A stretch of 64,000 bases of DNA, from assembly GCA_036630325.1 (NCBI GenBank), contig CP142734.1:744001-808000 (forward strand), written 5' to 3'. The notes under the pieces were generated by a model. The model saw nothing but the letters and a program-made list of their open reading frames with translations, made no database searches and was not told the origin of the DNA. Both the position numbers and the translations under genes were made by a program. The DNA is from Vairimorpha necatrix. Its lineage: Eukaryota. This document shows, in pieces, positions 11,631 through 25,066 of the stretch; the first letter of the stretch is position 1; every line of letters starts with the position of its first letter.

Positions 11631-12678
11631 GGTTAAGTTCACGACTTACCCCCCCCCTGAAAAAAAAATTATTCCACAATTGTAAAATCTATTTCAGAAA
11701 TAATATCATATGCTAAAATACTAAAATTACCCATTTCAAAAAATTCTAAGATTTTATCTAATAGATTTTCACGATATATTAATTTGAATCTATTAATATA
11801 AATCTTTCATACAAGATTCATAATAGTACCATGACTAGTTCCGCTTTTTCTTAGTTCTCTTTTAAGAACCGACCACATTCCCTCTATAGTCTGAGTATGC
11901 GCACCAGTTATATTATCAACAAAATTTTCGCTGTGATTCACAGTCAAATGTAGATACTCATATTCTACACAGATTGTTTGAATATCACTATAGCCGCGCC
12001 AACAATCTGTCACAATTGTGGTCCCCGGAGCAATTTTTCTTGTGATTAATTCAACAAGAGTAGCTCTTGTTCTATTTTCTACGATTTCAAAGAAAAAAGA
12101 ATTCGCATCCCCACTCACGGCGCCTCCAACTGCTCATACCTGATATTGAAGAACCCTTCCCGCATGGTTTTTACTTTTTACAAGTAAAGTTTCATCAATT
12201 TCAACAATACAACCGACGCCGCAAATCGTTTGATTGTTTATATATGTTGAATAGCAGACGTACACGGCGTTATTAAAACGCGTAAACCATCTTGATACCG
12301 TACATTTACCTATATCAAGTTCTAACGTGGCGGCCAAATTACTTGAACCCTTTACCCATTCGCAAAGCAATATTAAAAGATCCTCAAAAAGCAATTTTGA
12401 GTTCTTAAAAACGCTTTGTTTCATTATGGTTCCTTTGTAAGAACATTTGTACCACCACGTCTTAAATAACAACGATAGTTTTCAGTGTTGGACCGATTTT
12501 GAGTCATAGGTATATTGCATTTATTGCACATAGGGACCCTCAAATTTTTTTTTTGCAATTAAAAATTGCATTAACTCATTTTTTTTATAGATGAGTTTTC
12601 TGAATTCTTTAATTCTCATTATGGGTTAAATAATTTATTTTTTTATTTTTAGAGGGGAGGTAAGTCGAGAACTTAACC
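11631..12678 (-). mobile_element. Merlin/ISXO2-like transposon, degenerate, inserted in the gag knuckle region of the gypsy element
   Basis: TIRs ggttaagttc.cgacttacc; 9-bp TSD gagaacacc (11622-11630 and 12679-12687); VEIDET, TDCWRGY and HTQTIEGMW. Confidence 0.92.
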
Positions 12679-15600
12679 GAGAACACCTATTTATAGACTG
12701 CAAACATAGAAGGAACGAAAGTGTTATTTATGAATGCAGTTCCGTTTTCCGAGGACAAAAACTTTATACAGTAGAAGGCTTATTCCGAGGGGAGAGAGTA
12801 AAGACACCATTTGATTTAGAAGCATCGAATTCATTCATAAGTCATGATCTTGTCGAAAGAGAAAAGCCCATACCCGTTTAATTAGTGAACCTAAGAGTTG
12901 CCTTTACTAGAACTGAGATCAAAAACTCGGCGGAGTCTAAAATAAAAATTATGATGATGACTACAGAACAGCGTTATTTGTAGTGGAAGACCTTGAGGAG
13001 GAAATAATATTAGATAGGGACTTTAAGAGGAAACAAAATATTCAGATAAGGCATAGTAGTCAGTCATTTAAAATCGATAATAAGACTACTACGTGCTGAA
13101 AACTTTTAAATTTAGAAAAGACACCGTCAAAGTTATCAACCCCTGATCTTTCTTCGATTTATAATGTCCATAAATTGATTAATTTGCATAAAATGAAGCT
13201 GGAAAACGCAAAAGAAAAAAAAGATAGTAGAACATAAAATCGAACTGAGTGAACGTAAGGCGATATGCAAACAAAGTTACCGACCGAGCATCGATGAAAG
13301 AAAGTTTTTAAGAGGAGGTGGAGAGGTTACTAAAGTCAAATGTGATAGAAGAAAGCACAAGCGTTTGGAATGCCCCAACGGTAGTCGCCCCGAAAAGAAA
13401 TGGTGGAAATGGGCCATATATAGACTTTAGAGAACTTAATGACATTACAGAGAAAGAGGTATGTCAGACACCGCTGATTGATGAATGCTTAACATATCTA
13501 AGCGGTGCAAGAATATTATCTCAACTAGACTTAGAGAAGGGATACTACCGGATACCAATGGAAGAGACATCTAAGAAGTACACATCGTTCATGGCCCCGT
13601 CAGGCAAATTCCAATTAAAGAGACAGCCGTTGGTCTTACTAATGCACCGGCTACTTTTCAGAGCCCAATGTACTAGATATTTAGGAAACAGCTTAATAGG
13701 ACCACGGTCGTTTATTTAGACGATATATTCGTATGCTCAAAGACTATCGAGGAGCATTATGGGCACTTAAAGAAGTAATAGAAATCCTAGCAAAACGGGC
13801 TTAAGGTGAACTTTAAAAAAGCAACTTTATGACAAAGGATATCAATATCTTTGGATACAGTATAAAATCCGAGAAAGCTCACTCCAAATAAATATCGTAT
13901 AGGACCTTTAGAAAAAGAATTTGAAATCAAGAATGTAAAACAATTACACTCTATAATCAGACTTCTGGGATTCTACGGATGTTTATAAACAATCTTAGTA
14001 AAAAAGCGCTAGAAATACATCTAACAATAAATGAAAAACTTCAAATTAAAGATAAAGTACGGAATGACGTGGCGTCTCTCGGGAAGGAACTCATTTCCAC
14101 GTCATGGCTGGCACTCCCTGATCTCAAGCTGACGTCTATAATTGAAGCGGACGCATCAGATGAATGATAGGAGGTGCCCTGAAACAAGTACAAGACGAAG
14201 AATTAACTATCCGTTGTTGTAGTCGGATGCTTAATAAACATGAAAGTAGTTACACGACCTTGGGGAAAGAAGCGTTAGCTATTATATTTTCAGTAAAAAC
14301 TTTTAAAATTTATCTACATGACGAAGTCTTAATAAGAAGCGATCACGAACCTTTTCAGTGGTTATATAAAGTGAAGACCCCCAGGGACGTACTGCACGAT
14401 GGCTTATGTTTTAAAGCGACTTGAGATTCAAAATAGAATATAAGAAAGGAAAATCCCATACTCTTCCAGGCTGCTTAACTAGAGTTTATGCATCTAGTAT
14501 GGATATTGTGATCAACGAAACGAAGAGAGCAAAAGATGATAAAATTAGAGAAAACCATCACTTATAGGCCTTGATGCTTTTCTTAAAATCACAAAACCTG
14601 GCCAAAGATATTACTCTTCGCAATCAGGCGAGTAATAATACGTTGTCAGACTTGTATAGAACATAAGAACCTAAATAAAAGTTTATAACATTTTCAGCTA
14701 AACTAGAGTCGGCTTTTGAAATGATTGGAATAGACTGCATAGGCCCCCTACCCAAATTTTCATCTGGAAAAGGTTTATCATAGTAGCAACAGACTACATG
14801 ACTAAATGGGTAGAGGCTAAGGCAGTAAAACATAAGTCCGCGTTTGAAATAGCAAAGTTTATTATAGAGGATATCTTTGGCCGCCAAGGAACGGTAGACA
14901 TAATAAGAATCGACTAAGGACTTGATTTCACAAATCTGATTTTAGGAAGATCACGGAATTGTCCAGCTCTCGTTTTAGATACTCCAGCCCAAATCACCCT
15001 CAATCTAATGTCTTGTAGAGAGAACAAACCAAAGCTATATTGTAAAAATAGCAAAAGCGGTAGCAGATTATCAGAATCAGTGGGATAGAATACTGATACT
15101 AATGCAGTACAGATTGTCCCCATTGGTAAACTAACAATTTCACCATTTTGAATGCTTTATGGTAGAAAAGGCGCCCTACCTAAGTAGTCAAAGAACTTCC
15201 GAGTGACTTTGAAATGATATTTATTGATCCAGCAAAATACCTGAACGAGCGTACTACGGTGATTAATGAAATTTGGAAACTTATATGTGACAGTAATAAT
15301 AGGGAAATAATGAAACATGAAGAAAAGTTAAAAGAAAAACTCTCGCTGATGACGTGAAAGAGGGTTCTCTAGTACTTATTAAGAACCGAAACATGTCCAG
15401 TAAACTTGACAAGAAGTATATCGGGCCATATATAGTTACCAAAAACAAAACCAAAGGAGATTATGAAGCAAAAAGCTTAGAGAATGGAATAGAACATCAC
15501 ATAACCCGATGTGACTTTATAATTTATGGAAGGAGGAAAGAATTAAAGATAAAACCTCTTCCCCGGAAGTGAAGCCTTATTTGAAGGAGGGGAGAGTGTT

Positions 15601-16410
15601 GTCGGATATTTAAGATCCACCTTTCATAAGGCTTAAGTGCCTTCTCTGACACTATTGTTCATTGTTTGAATGTTTCCTAACATCTTTGACGAGTAAACAA
15701 ATAAATAAAAGTATTTAAGGAAGACCTTTGAAAAGGGTATCCAAATAAAACTGTTTCTATTAAAACTAAACCTTCTCCTGCTACCTGCGCTCTCGCTAGT
15801 AAAAATAAATAACATTTATATAAGAAAAATTAAATAATGTTCTACTATCTATACAGATTGCTAAATCAAAAATTAAATATCAAATATGCAAAGTTTTTTT
15901 AGAATTATATAGTTTTATGGTTATATTCGTTTTTTGGCTAATGTTAGCTTTAGCTAACAAAAATGCATATTGGGTTTTTTTTCTTTTTTTGCCACTTTTT
16001 TTTAAAAATGGAGGAAGGAAAATGTTAAGGAAGGAACAAAAACAAAAATTAGAACAATAAATTTAATAATGCATCAAAAACAGAATTAGATGCATTTCTT
16101 CGAAGCATATACCTAAACAAATAAAGTTTGGCACATTTGCAGACCTATTTCGATTAGGTATAGAATTTTTGAGTGATCTCCAATTACCTTCTATGGTATT
16201 GGTATGAACCCCAGTATTAGGATTTCGAAAGTGTAATGAATGGTTGACCATGTGATGTTGTTTGAAATCATTACCCAAGGAACGGTAAGCCTTTCACATA
16301 TCGCTGTATATAGTACTTTCCGTGCTCACATATTTTAATAAAAGGTCAGTAAGTGTTTTTGTATCTCTTTTTTTTTTTAATATAAGTAATTATTATAGTT
16401 CGTTTTAAAG

Positions 16411-18020
16411 GGTGACCGGAATTTTCGTCCCGGTGGTAGGGGTTAAAAAAATAAAAAAATAAAAAATCTCGGTTTTTTTATTTTTTTAACCCCTACCACC
16501 GGGACGAAAATTCCGAAAAAAAAATAAAAATAAAACTTTAATATTTCAATAATTTCAAAGACAAAATCTAAACCAAACCCTTCATCCACAGTTTTATTCA
16601 AAAAATCAGCTAGCCGAATCTCTTTTTCAATGTATTTTTGTTTACGTTCAAAAACATGATTTAAAATTGTTTGTTGGATTATCTTGATTCGCACTATATC
16701 TTCTTTATCCTTTAACTTGCTCACTAATAGATAAAAACTGTATCGACTTGTACCAAATGTGTTTTTAAAGGTATTATGCCAACCTTCAATCGCATTATTA
16801 GTTCTTGGAAAATCTATATCCATATTATTTCTCGTATGCCACAAATTCGGCGGAAATCGACATCCTAAATCAATATAATTTGTAAAGAAATAGGCATATA
16901 ACTCAGTCAAGCATTCAGGGAAATTTCTGTCTTGTTTTAATTCCAAAAAAGTAGACAATATTTCGTCATATTCAACATATGCAAGTGCCGTAAGAGACAA
17001 AACAAATTTTTTCACCATAGGTGAACATGTGTAAACAGAAGAAAGTCCTGAACTTTTAACACGTCTATCAATAGCCTGGGCTAAGTGAAAAAGACAACCC
17101 GAAATTTGACAATCCGGGAAAATTATTGAAAATGCTCTTATCGCAGCATACTCAAAATCGGGGGTTATCAACCTTGGGTTGAGCTCTGGAAACCTTCTCT
17201 TTAACATTTGAAACAAAAAACAATAGGTTTCAAAACTTTTATCTTTTAAAATTGCAAATATAATCGGAAATACATGCGCTTCACGGATAAAACTAATTGT
17301 GTAAAGTTGATAATATGGAATTGGAACCACCGTAAAGGTCCCATCCATCGCCCACATGTCATATAGAGCCAGTTTTTCCATGGCCGAATCTGTATAAAAA
17401 ACTATTATACTGTCATTGGGCTTATCACTCCCGTAATTTTCAGGCCCATATCGATACCATTGTTCGCCTGTATGACTGATTAATAAATCAGCACATAAAC
17501 CAAATGTTTGGTTGGCGTATGTTTTTGGATTTAAGAAATTTAGCCTAGCTTTCCTTAATATCCTCGTAATAGGCTCAATAGGGCCTATTGCGGCGATTGT
17601 TTCTTCACCAGCTCCTCTTAAGGAAGAAAAAAAAATGTTTCTAGGAGAATCTTTGCCAGAGATAATTTCCCGTTTCATTTTATCTATTTTATTCTTCCTA
17701 CAGACCTGTTCAGGATTTGGTTCATGATTATGAGACGAAGAAATAATAAAGGATTCGAGATTATTGACGTAAACAATACTACTAATGGCCTTGGCATTAC
17801 AGCTTCGTACAATGCAGCGCCACTTTATAGTAGTATTGTTGATTCTTTTTTTCTCGTAAATATATAGATTTTCATCTATTATTTGGTCCATATTTCTTTT
17901 GCTTTTAATGATCCTTTTTGTCCCGGTCATAGGGGTAAAAAATAAAAAAAGAAAAAAGTTCGTTTTTTTTATTTTTTAATTTTTTTAACCCCTATGACCG
18001 GGACAAAAAGACCGGGTACC
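16411..18020 (-). mobile_element. Mutator (MULE) transposon with fold-back ends
   Basis: 9-bp TSD gttttaaag (16402-16410 and 18021-18029); imperfect TIRs; MULE transposase ORF. Confidence 0.92.
16443..17930 (-). CDS. MULE transposase with FLYWCH-like N-terminus
   Basis: KWRC..C..HNH, WAMDGTF, PDFE, GCLFH and TNNAIEGWH. The C-terminus reads into the TIR, so the original stop may have been lost. Confidence 0.88.
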   Translation of the reverse strand: MTGTKRIIKSKRNMDQIIDENLYIYEKKRINNTTIKWRCIVRSCNAKAISSIVYVNNLESFIISSSHNHEPNPEQVCRKNKIDKMKREIISGKDSPRNIFFSSLRGAGEETIAAIGPIEPITRILRKARLNFLNPKTYANQTFGLCADLLISHTGEQWYRYGPENYGSDKPNDSIIVFYTDSAMEKLALYDMWAMDGTFTVVPIPYYQLYTISFIREAHVFPIIFAILKDKSFETYCFLFQMLKRRFPELNPRLITPDFEYAAIRAFSIIFPDCQISGCLFHLAQAIDRRVKSSGLSSVYTCSPMVKKFVLSLTALAYVEYDEILSTFLELKQDRNFPECLTELYAYFFTNYIDLGCRFPPNLWHTRNNMDIDFPRTNNAIEGWHNTFKNTFGTSRYSFYLLVSKLKDKEDIVRIKIIQQTILNHVFERKQKYIEKEIRLADFLNKTVDEGFGLDFVFEIIEILKFYFYFFFGIFVPVVGVKKIKKPRFFIFLFF

Positions 18021-20049
18021 GTTTTAAAGAACGCTCTATCATTCCAAAACACCAAACCCCTTTCACTAGTTTACCTCTATTATACTTATTTTTTCCTATT
18101 TTTGCTTCATCTATTTCTACTATAATATCTTCCCCGCCTATCTTTCCAAAAGATGATAAATATTTATCAAAAATGTCTATTTCCTTTAATTTTCTAACAA
18201 TAAACGATATTGAAGGTTTTAAACAACATAAAATTTGGCTAATTACTTACGAGGATAGCCTAGAATCCACAAATTAAGTACCTGCAAAATTTTGATATGA
18301 TCGAGTCTAAAGTTTTCAAAGAATGTACCTTTCCACATAGAAACTGTCTTCTTACAGTCCTTCCAAGTACACTTTAACATGGGGCCCTGTTTATTAAGCA
18401 ACCTCATTCTACCATTACACACTTTGCATAACTGATTCTTTTTTTTTGTGAAATAAAATATTATAAACTGTTTCGATTTGTCTCTGGTCATAATTGTCTC
18501 CTGCATGTTTAAAAAAAAGGGGGAAAAAAGAAAAAAAAACCCAATATGCATTTTTGTTAGCTAAAGCCAACTTTAGCCCTTTTTTAAATAAATTTTGTAT
18601 ACAATACATGTTTTTTGGTATTTTTACTGTTTAAAGATGTAAATATTTTGAGTGTAATGATTGCTTCTCCTTTATTTTGCACTTCTTTATTAGGGTTCAA
18701 ATAAATAAAGTGAACACCCTCAGAGGGTGGCGTTTTGGTCCCCAATTCTATAAAATCAGAAGGGAAAAAATGCTTATTCATTTATATAATTGTAAAAACT
18801 TGTATTGCAATATAATTGTATACATAAATATATATTTATTTATTGTTTTTAATGTCATAAATGCTTAGTGATTTTTGTCTCCTTCCTGCTCCTCCTTTAT
18901 TTTGCACTTCGTTTTTAGGGTTCAAAAAATAAAATGAACACCCTAAAAAGTGGATGGTCTGTGGTACCCCGCCTCCAAAATATGGATTGCAAAATTATTT
19001 TTTTGAAATTATGTTTATAGATAGCATAGGAGTTGCGATCTAACAAATTTTTTAAAGTTATTGTTCGTTGTTATAAATCTCATGATTTTATTTGCTTTTT
19101 TATCTTAGACTGCAAACTCTTTATTTTTTTTGTGTCGTGTAATACCATGGTCCCTTTCATTGTCAATTCGGAGTAAAAATAAATCCTTTTATAGTTGTAT
19201 TCCCCCGCCCGGTCAACTTTCTGAGAATTTGCGGGATATTTATGAAGTTTTAGATACTTACGTATTTTGAGTGTTGGAGCTTTTCTAAATACTTTTTATT
19301 CTGAGCAATGTTTGTTTACGATGAGTCATTATAAACAAATTGAAATCTCTGTCATTTAACAGTTCTAAATAGAAGATTAGTATTTAAAACTCCTATACTA
19401 TCCCTAGAGAGTCTATGAGGATGTCCTGCGACAGAAACGGTTTCAACTCCTCTATTTACTACAGACCTAAAGTATAATTGCCACAATTATATTTGGCATG
19501 AGAAAATCGACTTTTGTTAGTCTTCACTACTTTAGAGATGCAAAATCATCATGGCCGCCTAAACTCTGACTATTAATAGTCACTCCTCGATTACGCGTTT
19601 CCTGCAAAGCAAGCCTAAAGTACTTTGGGGGGTTCCAATAAAGATCATTCGATATGTCGAAAAGGAACACACTTTAATATAATTTATGTCATTCTTATAA
19701 TTTTACCAAAACTTAACTTAATGTTTTAAAATTGAATCTGCATCTAATCGACTTTGATGCTGTAAATAAGGTTTCACATTTACAAACCCCTTAATCAACC
19801 AGTTTGTTTTTCAACCAGCTTCGTTGAATTTTTAGAGTCGCAAATACGACAAAAAGAAAGTACTAAATGGGCTGGGTACAGAAAAATTAAGCTGTTTTAG
19901 AAATTAAAATCATATTTAATTTATTTTCATTATCAAAAACCATAATGTTTAAAAAAATCGTTTTTACCAATATTATTGCTTTTTATAACGCTCATTATAA
20001 ATTTTCAATGCGGTTCATTTTTCCAAAGCGGGTTAAAAAAAGTCATGTA

Positions 20050-22590
20050 TTATTTCATTTGATATTGGTGCGAAATATAATTCTATTAGTTACTCAGTGA
20101 TACAAAGACTTTTTCTTATGCTTTAAGATTTAAAAGCTGAAATAAATAAAGGACATGTTTAGAAGAACAAATTATTACAAACAATACGTTTTACTATAAT
20201 TTAATCTAAAATAAAACATATAATGTACGGCTGATTTTATGTCCTTCTAAAGATAAAATCTGAGAAAATTTTAATAGGAGCAAACACGATAAATAAGGTA
20301 TTAAACAAAGATAAATTAAAATATATTTGTGAAAAAACAAAAGAAGGATATAAAGTTGTGGAAAAGGTATATCCATTACCAAAAAAGCTAGAAATTGAAG
20401 CCGATAAATTTAAAAAAAGAACTTGTGGAGAAAGGATATATTCGTAAGTCGAACTATACCTGGTTAAACAATCTTCGAGCAGCAAAAAAGCCCGATGGAA
20501 AGGTTAAAATAACAACCAATTTAGTGTCATTATATAACCTTTTAGGACTGGATCGTTATTCGCTACCAACTTTCTACGAAATATTATGCAATTAAGGATA
20601 TATGAGGTTTTCCCCACGATCTACCTATAAGACGGATTTTAATAGATACAATTAAGCTTTAGTGATAGACCCAAAACAGCATTTCGATACAAGCATGTGT
20701 TATATGTGTGGGCGTAATGCCACAATTTTAAAATTGTCATCTATTTGTCAACGATGCATGGATCATCTTTTGAATAGTGAACTCAATGATTCGTGTATTG
20801 CTATGTGGACGACATTTAAATTTTTGGTAAAATGAGAATATGCATTACGAGGCATAAAAAAGACTTACAGATATACTTAACAATACAAGATGAATATCAA
20901 TATATAGACAAATTAATGGTCAAAAAAGAGGAAGTGAAATCTTTGGGCCATAAAATCATATAAAATAGTAATGTCTTGTTTGAAACGAACACAGGCGCTC
21001 ATGAATCTTAGCCCTCGACCGATAGGAAGAGTGTTTAGGAATTCCTTTAGAAAATTTATTCCAAACCGTTCACTATTTACCGAAACCCTATGGATTTGTT
21101 AAAAGGCGATAGGACAGTTTATTGGAGAGAATCAGAAAAACTTTCATTTTTAGCATCGTAAATTCTTTTAAACCTACACGGAATTGACAATTGGCACAAC
21201 CAGGTTTTTATAAACGATTTAAAACAGAGACCGATGCGTCAACGAATGGGCTAGGCAATATTATCCCATGAGTTCGTGTAAAGTTAAAGCCGTAACATTT
21301 GCATCCAGAAGACTGCTTGGGACAAAAAATTCTGTACCAGTGAAGAATAATGCTTAGCAATACTACGGGGCATGGAACATTTTAAGCTCTTTCTGTATGA
21401 TACTAATTTTAAGGTCATAACGGGCAACAAAGCCCTAGAGTCTTTTATAAGGATAGATAAAATCGTTAAGGATACAAAGATGGTTTAATTGCAGTACATA
21501 TTTTAGTTCGTAAATAAATTTAAAAAATGAAAGGGATACTTTACATGGACTTTCTGAGCCGAAACCTAAACAATTATACGGCAAAAATTAACCCTCTCCC
21601 AGAATTAGATTCGCAGTCTGCGAAAAAAAGAAGTTGAAAAGGCAAAGTAGATGTAAGAACAGATAAAGCAACAACATAAATAGACCTTTCATAGACGAAA
21701 ACAATCTATGAGATCGAGAAAGAGAATTTAAGGTAAAAAACGTAAAAATGGTAATAAGAAAGGTAATAAAAAAATGCACAATCTGAGCAAATATAATACA
21801 AAAAAAGGCTAAATAATTCTATTTGTGATAGGATATGAGAAGGGTCCGAAGGTTGGCAATGAAAAAATCGAGCCTATTGATACCAATACATAATCCCTGG
21901 AATTGATTATTTTACAAGATAGGGTTTTGATAAGATAATAAAATCGCGTGAAGCCTCAAAACTCACACAATTTATATAAAAAATCAATTAAAAGTTAAAT
22001 ATAAAATATTTATCTAGACCAATTAAAGGAAAATTTGTGAAATAGTTATAACATTCTGTACAACAAGAATATTACGCTTCATTATACCTCTATATTCTAG
22101 TATTAATCAAACGGAAGGGTAGAGCGATTGGACAGGATTTTACAGAATCTCATATATGATGATATTGCCGGAAATTACTGACACAAGATTAATACTTGCC
22201 TTGCTCGTATTTAACACCAAATTTCCAACGGAAATTATTTTGCCCCAGCATAACATGTGCTAGAGATAAAGCTAAGAAATTGAAACAAAATCAACCACGA
22301 CAAATATTAAAATATAGAAGAAAGCATAAAAGAAAACCGACGGAATACAATTTTGAAAGGGGCAGGTTGCGATGTTTTGGAAAGAAGGCATAATTAAAAA
22401 AGGTGCTACAAGTACTCAAACAGAGTAGGTAGTTAGCTCGTTTGAAAAAAGCATTACTTAATCGATGTTAGTTAAATAAGATTTAAGTGAATGCTGCACA
22501 GCTGTAATTTGCAGTCGGCGATATGTTTTAAAGGGGGATGTTGATGTTTATTTCCAAATTTTGAATCCCCAATTTTCATATAGGACAACA
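20050..22590 (+). mobile_element. Highly decayed Ty3/gypsy element that retains protease traces
   Basis: FDIGAKYNSI (~20058) and KILIGA protease-like motifs; RT KKPDGKVKITTNL; YVDD; ETDAS; PPT aaggggga followed by TGTTG...CAACA (22539..22590). The 5' boundary is approximate. Confidence 0.75.
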
Positions 22591-23519
22591 ATAAATGTAT
22601 TTACAAATATAAACATGGGAATTTAAAGAGTTTATTTCTGTGGTATCAATTGCCACATTATTATTTCGGTTTCATTTACCAACCAAGTGAATTTTTTAGA
22701 AAAAAATTTGCTTTTTTATTTTCTTCTTATTTTGCCACACAAAAAAGGATGAACAGAAAAGAGAATCACCTGAACAATTATGGGAGATCCCCAAGAGACC
22801 TACCCCTTACAGGAGGACAGCCAACTACCCATATATGAATAGCAACTGGCGTGTTTACCGGGAAGCTTGCCTGTGGCAAAGAAGCATTCAATGATGCTAC
22901 GGGTCGGGGAGCCATGAAAACCGGAGTTAAAAGAGTTAGAGGGAAAGGATTGTTTATTGTTATTATGATATCCTAAATATCATAAAAATAGTTTTTAAAT
23001 ATTTCCCACCAAATTCTTCCAGTTTTCCCTCCAACATCTATTTAAATATTTTATCCGGAGAGGGGTACGGAGTTATGGAAAGAAGGAGTAATATTAACAA
23101 TAAAAATATTTTACATACTTTCCTCAGTGGTGGATACCACAAGTTAAATTTAACAAAGACGTATTCTAAACTAACCAAAAGGATAGAGATTAAAGAACAA
23201 AAGAACATGTTCAGCTTCGAGATCAATGTTAAAGGCCTAAAGCAGCCTATTATTAAACAATTAGTGATTGTAAGCAATATCGAGAAAACTAATATGTCAG
23301 ATTGGGTTCGAAAGTTTGAAGAGCTACGGAATAAACTAGAATGGGACGAGGAAAAGACTCTCCTAGTATTACAAAATTTAATTGAAAGTAAAGAATGGAA
23401 AGGAAAAGACAGTTCAAAAATTATTTAAAAAGTAAAGAGGAAATATTAAGTGTCGCATATCCACATCACTTATTTTCAAGCTCGGGAATTAAATTGTTAG
23501 AGATTAAACAAGAGAATTA

Positions 23520-25066
23520 TCATATATATAAAAGAATTTTATTTAATTTTTTACCCCTCTTTTTTGTGACTTTGAAATTTCTAAACGATACATTTTGAGC
23601 CTTTTACGTCAATATAATATCATATATAGATTTAATGTTTTAATTTGATAATTGTAAGTGCGTAAACTATATGTTAATACTTTTTTGTTTTAAAAATTAT
23701 TTTTGTAAAACTCAGTTCTAAAATATCGTCAGAATCGTTTTTTAGAATTTATTTAATCCTTCCACGAAAAATTGCAAATTAATTCATTAATAAAGATTTT
23801 GAATGTAAGTGTCAAAAAGCGAGCTGTTAGAGTTTTAAACATATCTCATTGAGATTCATAAGTGTTTTCAACTTCACAGTACTGTTTAAATGTTCAATAA
23901 AGTGTTTTTAAACATAACATCTCCTTTTCAAATTCCATCTTCCTAAAATGGAAATTGAAAAAAGATAAAGGAGGTACAAAAGCAAAATTTACATATCCCG
24001 TTTTCAAAACGGGAAAGCATACGCTAGTCATCATATATATAAAAGAATTTTATTTAATTTTTTACCCCTCTTTTTTATGATTTTGAAAAATCCAAACTTC
24101 TTATTAAAGCTTATTGTATCATTGTAATATCAAATATAGATTTACTGCCTTAATATGAATATTCTAAGTGTGTATGTTATTAGTTAATACTTTTTTTGAT
24201 TTAATTATTATTTTTGTAAAACTCAGTTCCAAAATATCGTCAGAATCGTTTTTTAGAATTTATTTAACCCTTCTAGAAAAAATTCAAAAAAACATTAACC
24301 AAAAAAAATTGAATAAAAATGTCAAAAATTGAGCTTAAAAGTTCTCAAAATTATCTCATTATAATGATTAAATCTTTTTAGCCCAACTCTACTCCTTATA
24401 TGTTACTAAAAAGTATTTTCCAAAATCATGTTTCCTCCTTTTCAAATTCATCCCAAAATGGAAACTTAACAACATTAAAAGGAAAAATACATATTAAAAA
24501 ACTAAACATTCAAATCCCGTTTTCAAAACGGGAAAACATACGCTAGTCATATATATAAAAGAATTTTATTTAATTTTTTACCCCTCTTTTTGTGGGTTTG
24601 AAATTTCTAAACTATATATATTAGGCTTTCTATGTTATTTAAATATCATATATAGATTTATAGGGATAATTTGACACTTCTAAGTGTGTATGTTATTAGT
24701 TAATACTTTTTAATTTTGATTATTATTTTTGTTAAACTCAGTTCCAAAATATCGTCAGAATCGTTTTTTAGAATTTATTTAACCCTTCTAGAAAAATTGT
24801 AAAAACATTTGACCAATTATGATTTTGAATAAAAGTGTTAAAAATTGAGCTATAGGAGTGTTCAAAATTATCTCATTGAGATTATTAAATGTTTTAAAAC
24901 AACATAACTTCTTATATGTGTCTAAAAAGTATTTTTAAAAATCATGTTTTCTCCTTTTTAAAATTCATTATCCTTAAATGGAAACTTGACAAAATTAATA
25001 GGGGCTATACATATTAAAAAACAAAACATTCAAATCCCGTTTTCAAAGCGGGAAAGCATACGCTAG
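23520..25066 (+). mobile_element. Three head-to-tail non-autonomous Helitrons (23520..24027, 24031..24546, 24547..25066)
   Basis: TC...hairpin-CTAG units. Removing the array restores the gag reading IKQENY-DLIKNMF at an A|T site. Confidence 0.93.

Larger units (their letters stand above)
7869..15804 (+). mobile_element. Degenerate Ty3/gypsy element carrying nested Ginger-like, Helitron and Merlin insertions
   Basis: LTRs ~7869..8082 and ~15597..15804; PBS tggcgacaacggga at 8084; PPT gaaggaggggagag; RT (DFRELN, LDLEKGYY), RNase H (EADAS) and integrase GPY fragments. No TSD was recognised. Confidence 0.88.
15936..18578 (-). mobile_element. Merlin/ISXO2-like transposon split by a Mutator insertion
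   Basis: Long TIRs ggctaa.gtt.gctttagctaacaaaaatgcatattggg; homologous to the element at 2872; HTNTIEGNW; imperfect TSD c(g/t)ttttt. Confidence 0.88.

Noticed and set aside
19000-19950. Possible decayed coding or TE fragment
   Set aside because: No motif, terminus or TSD could be identified by eye.
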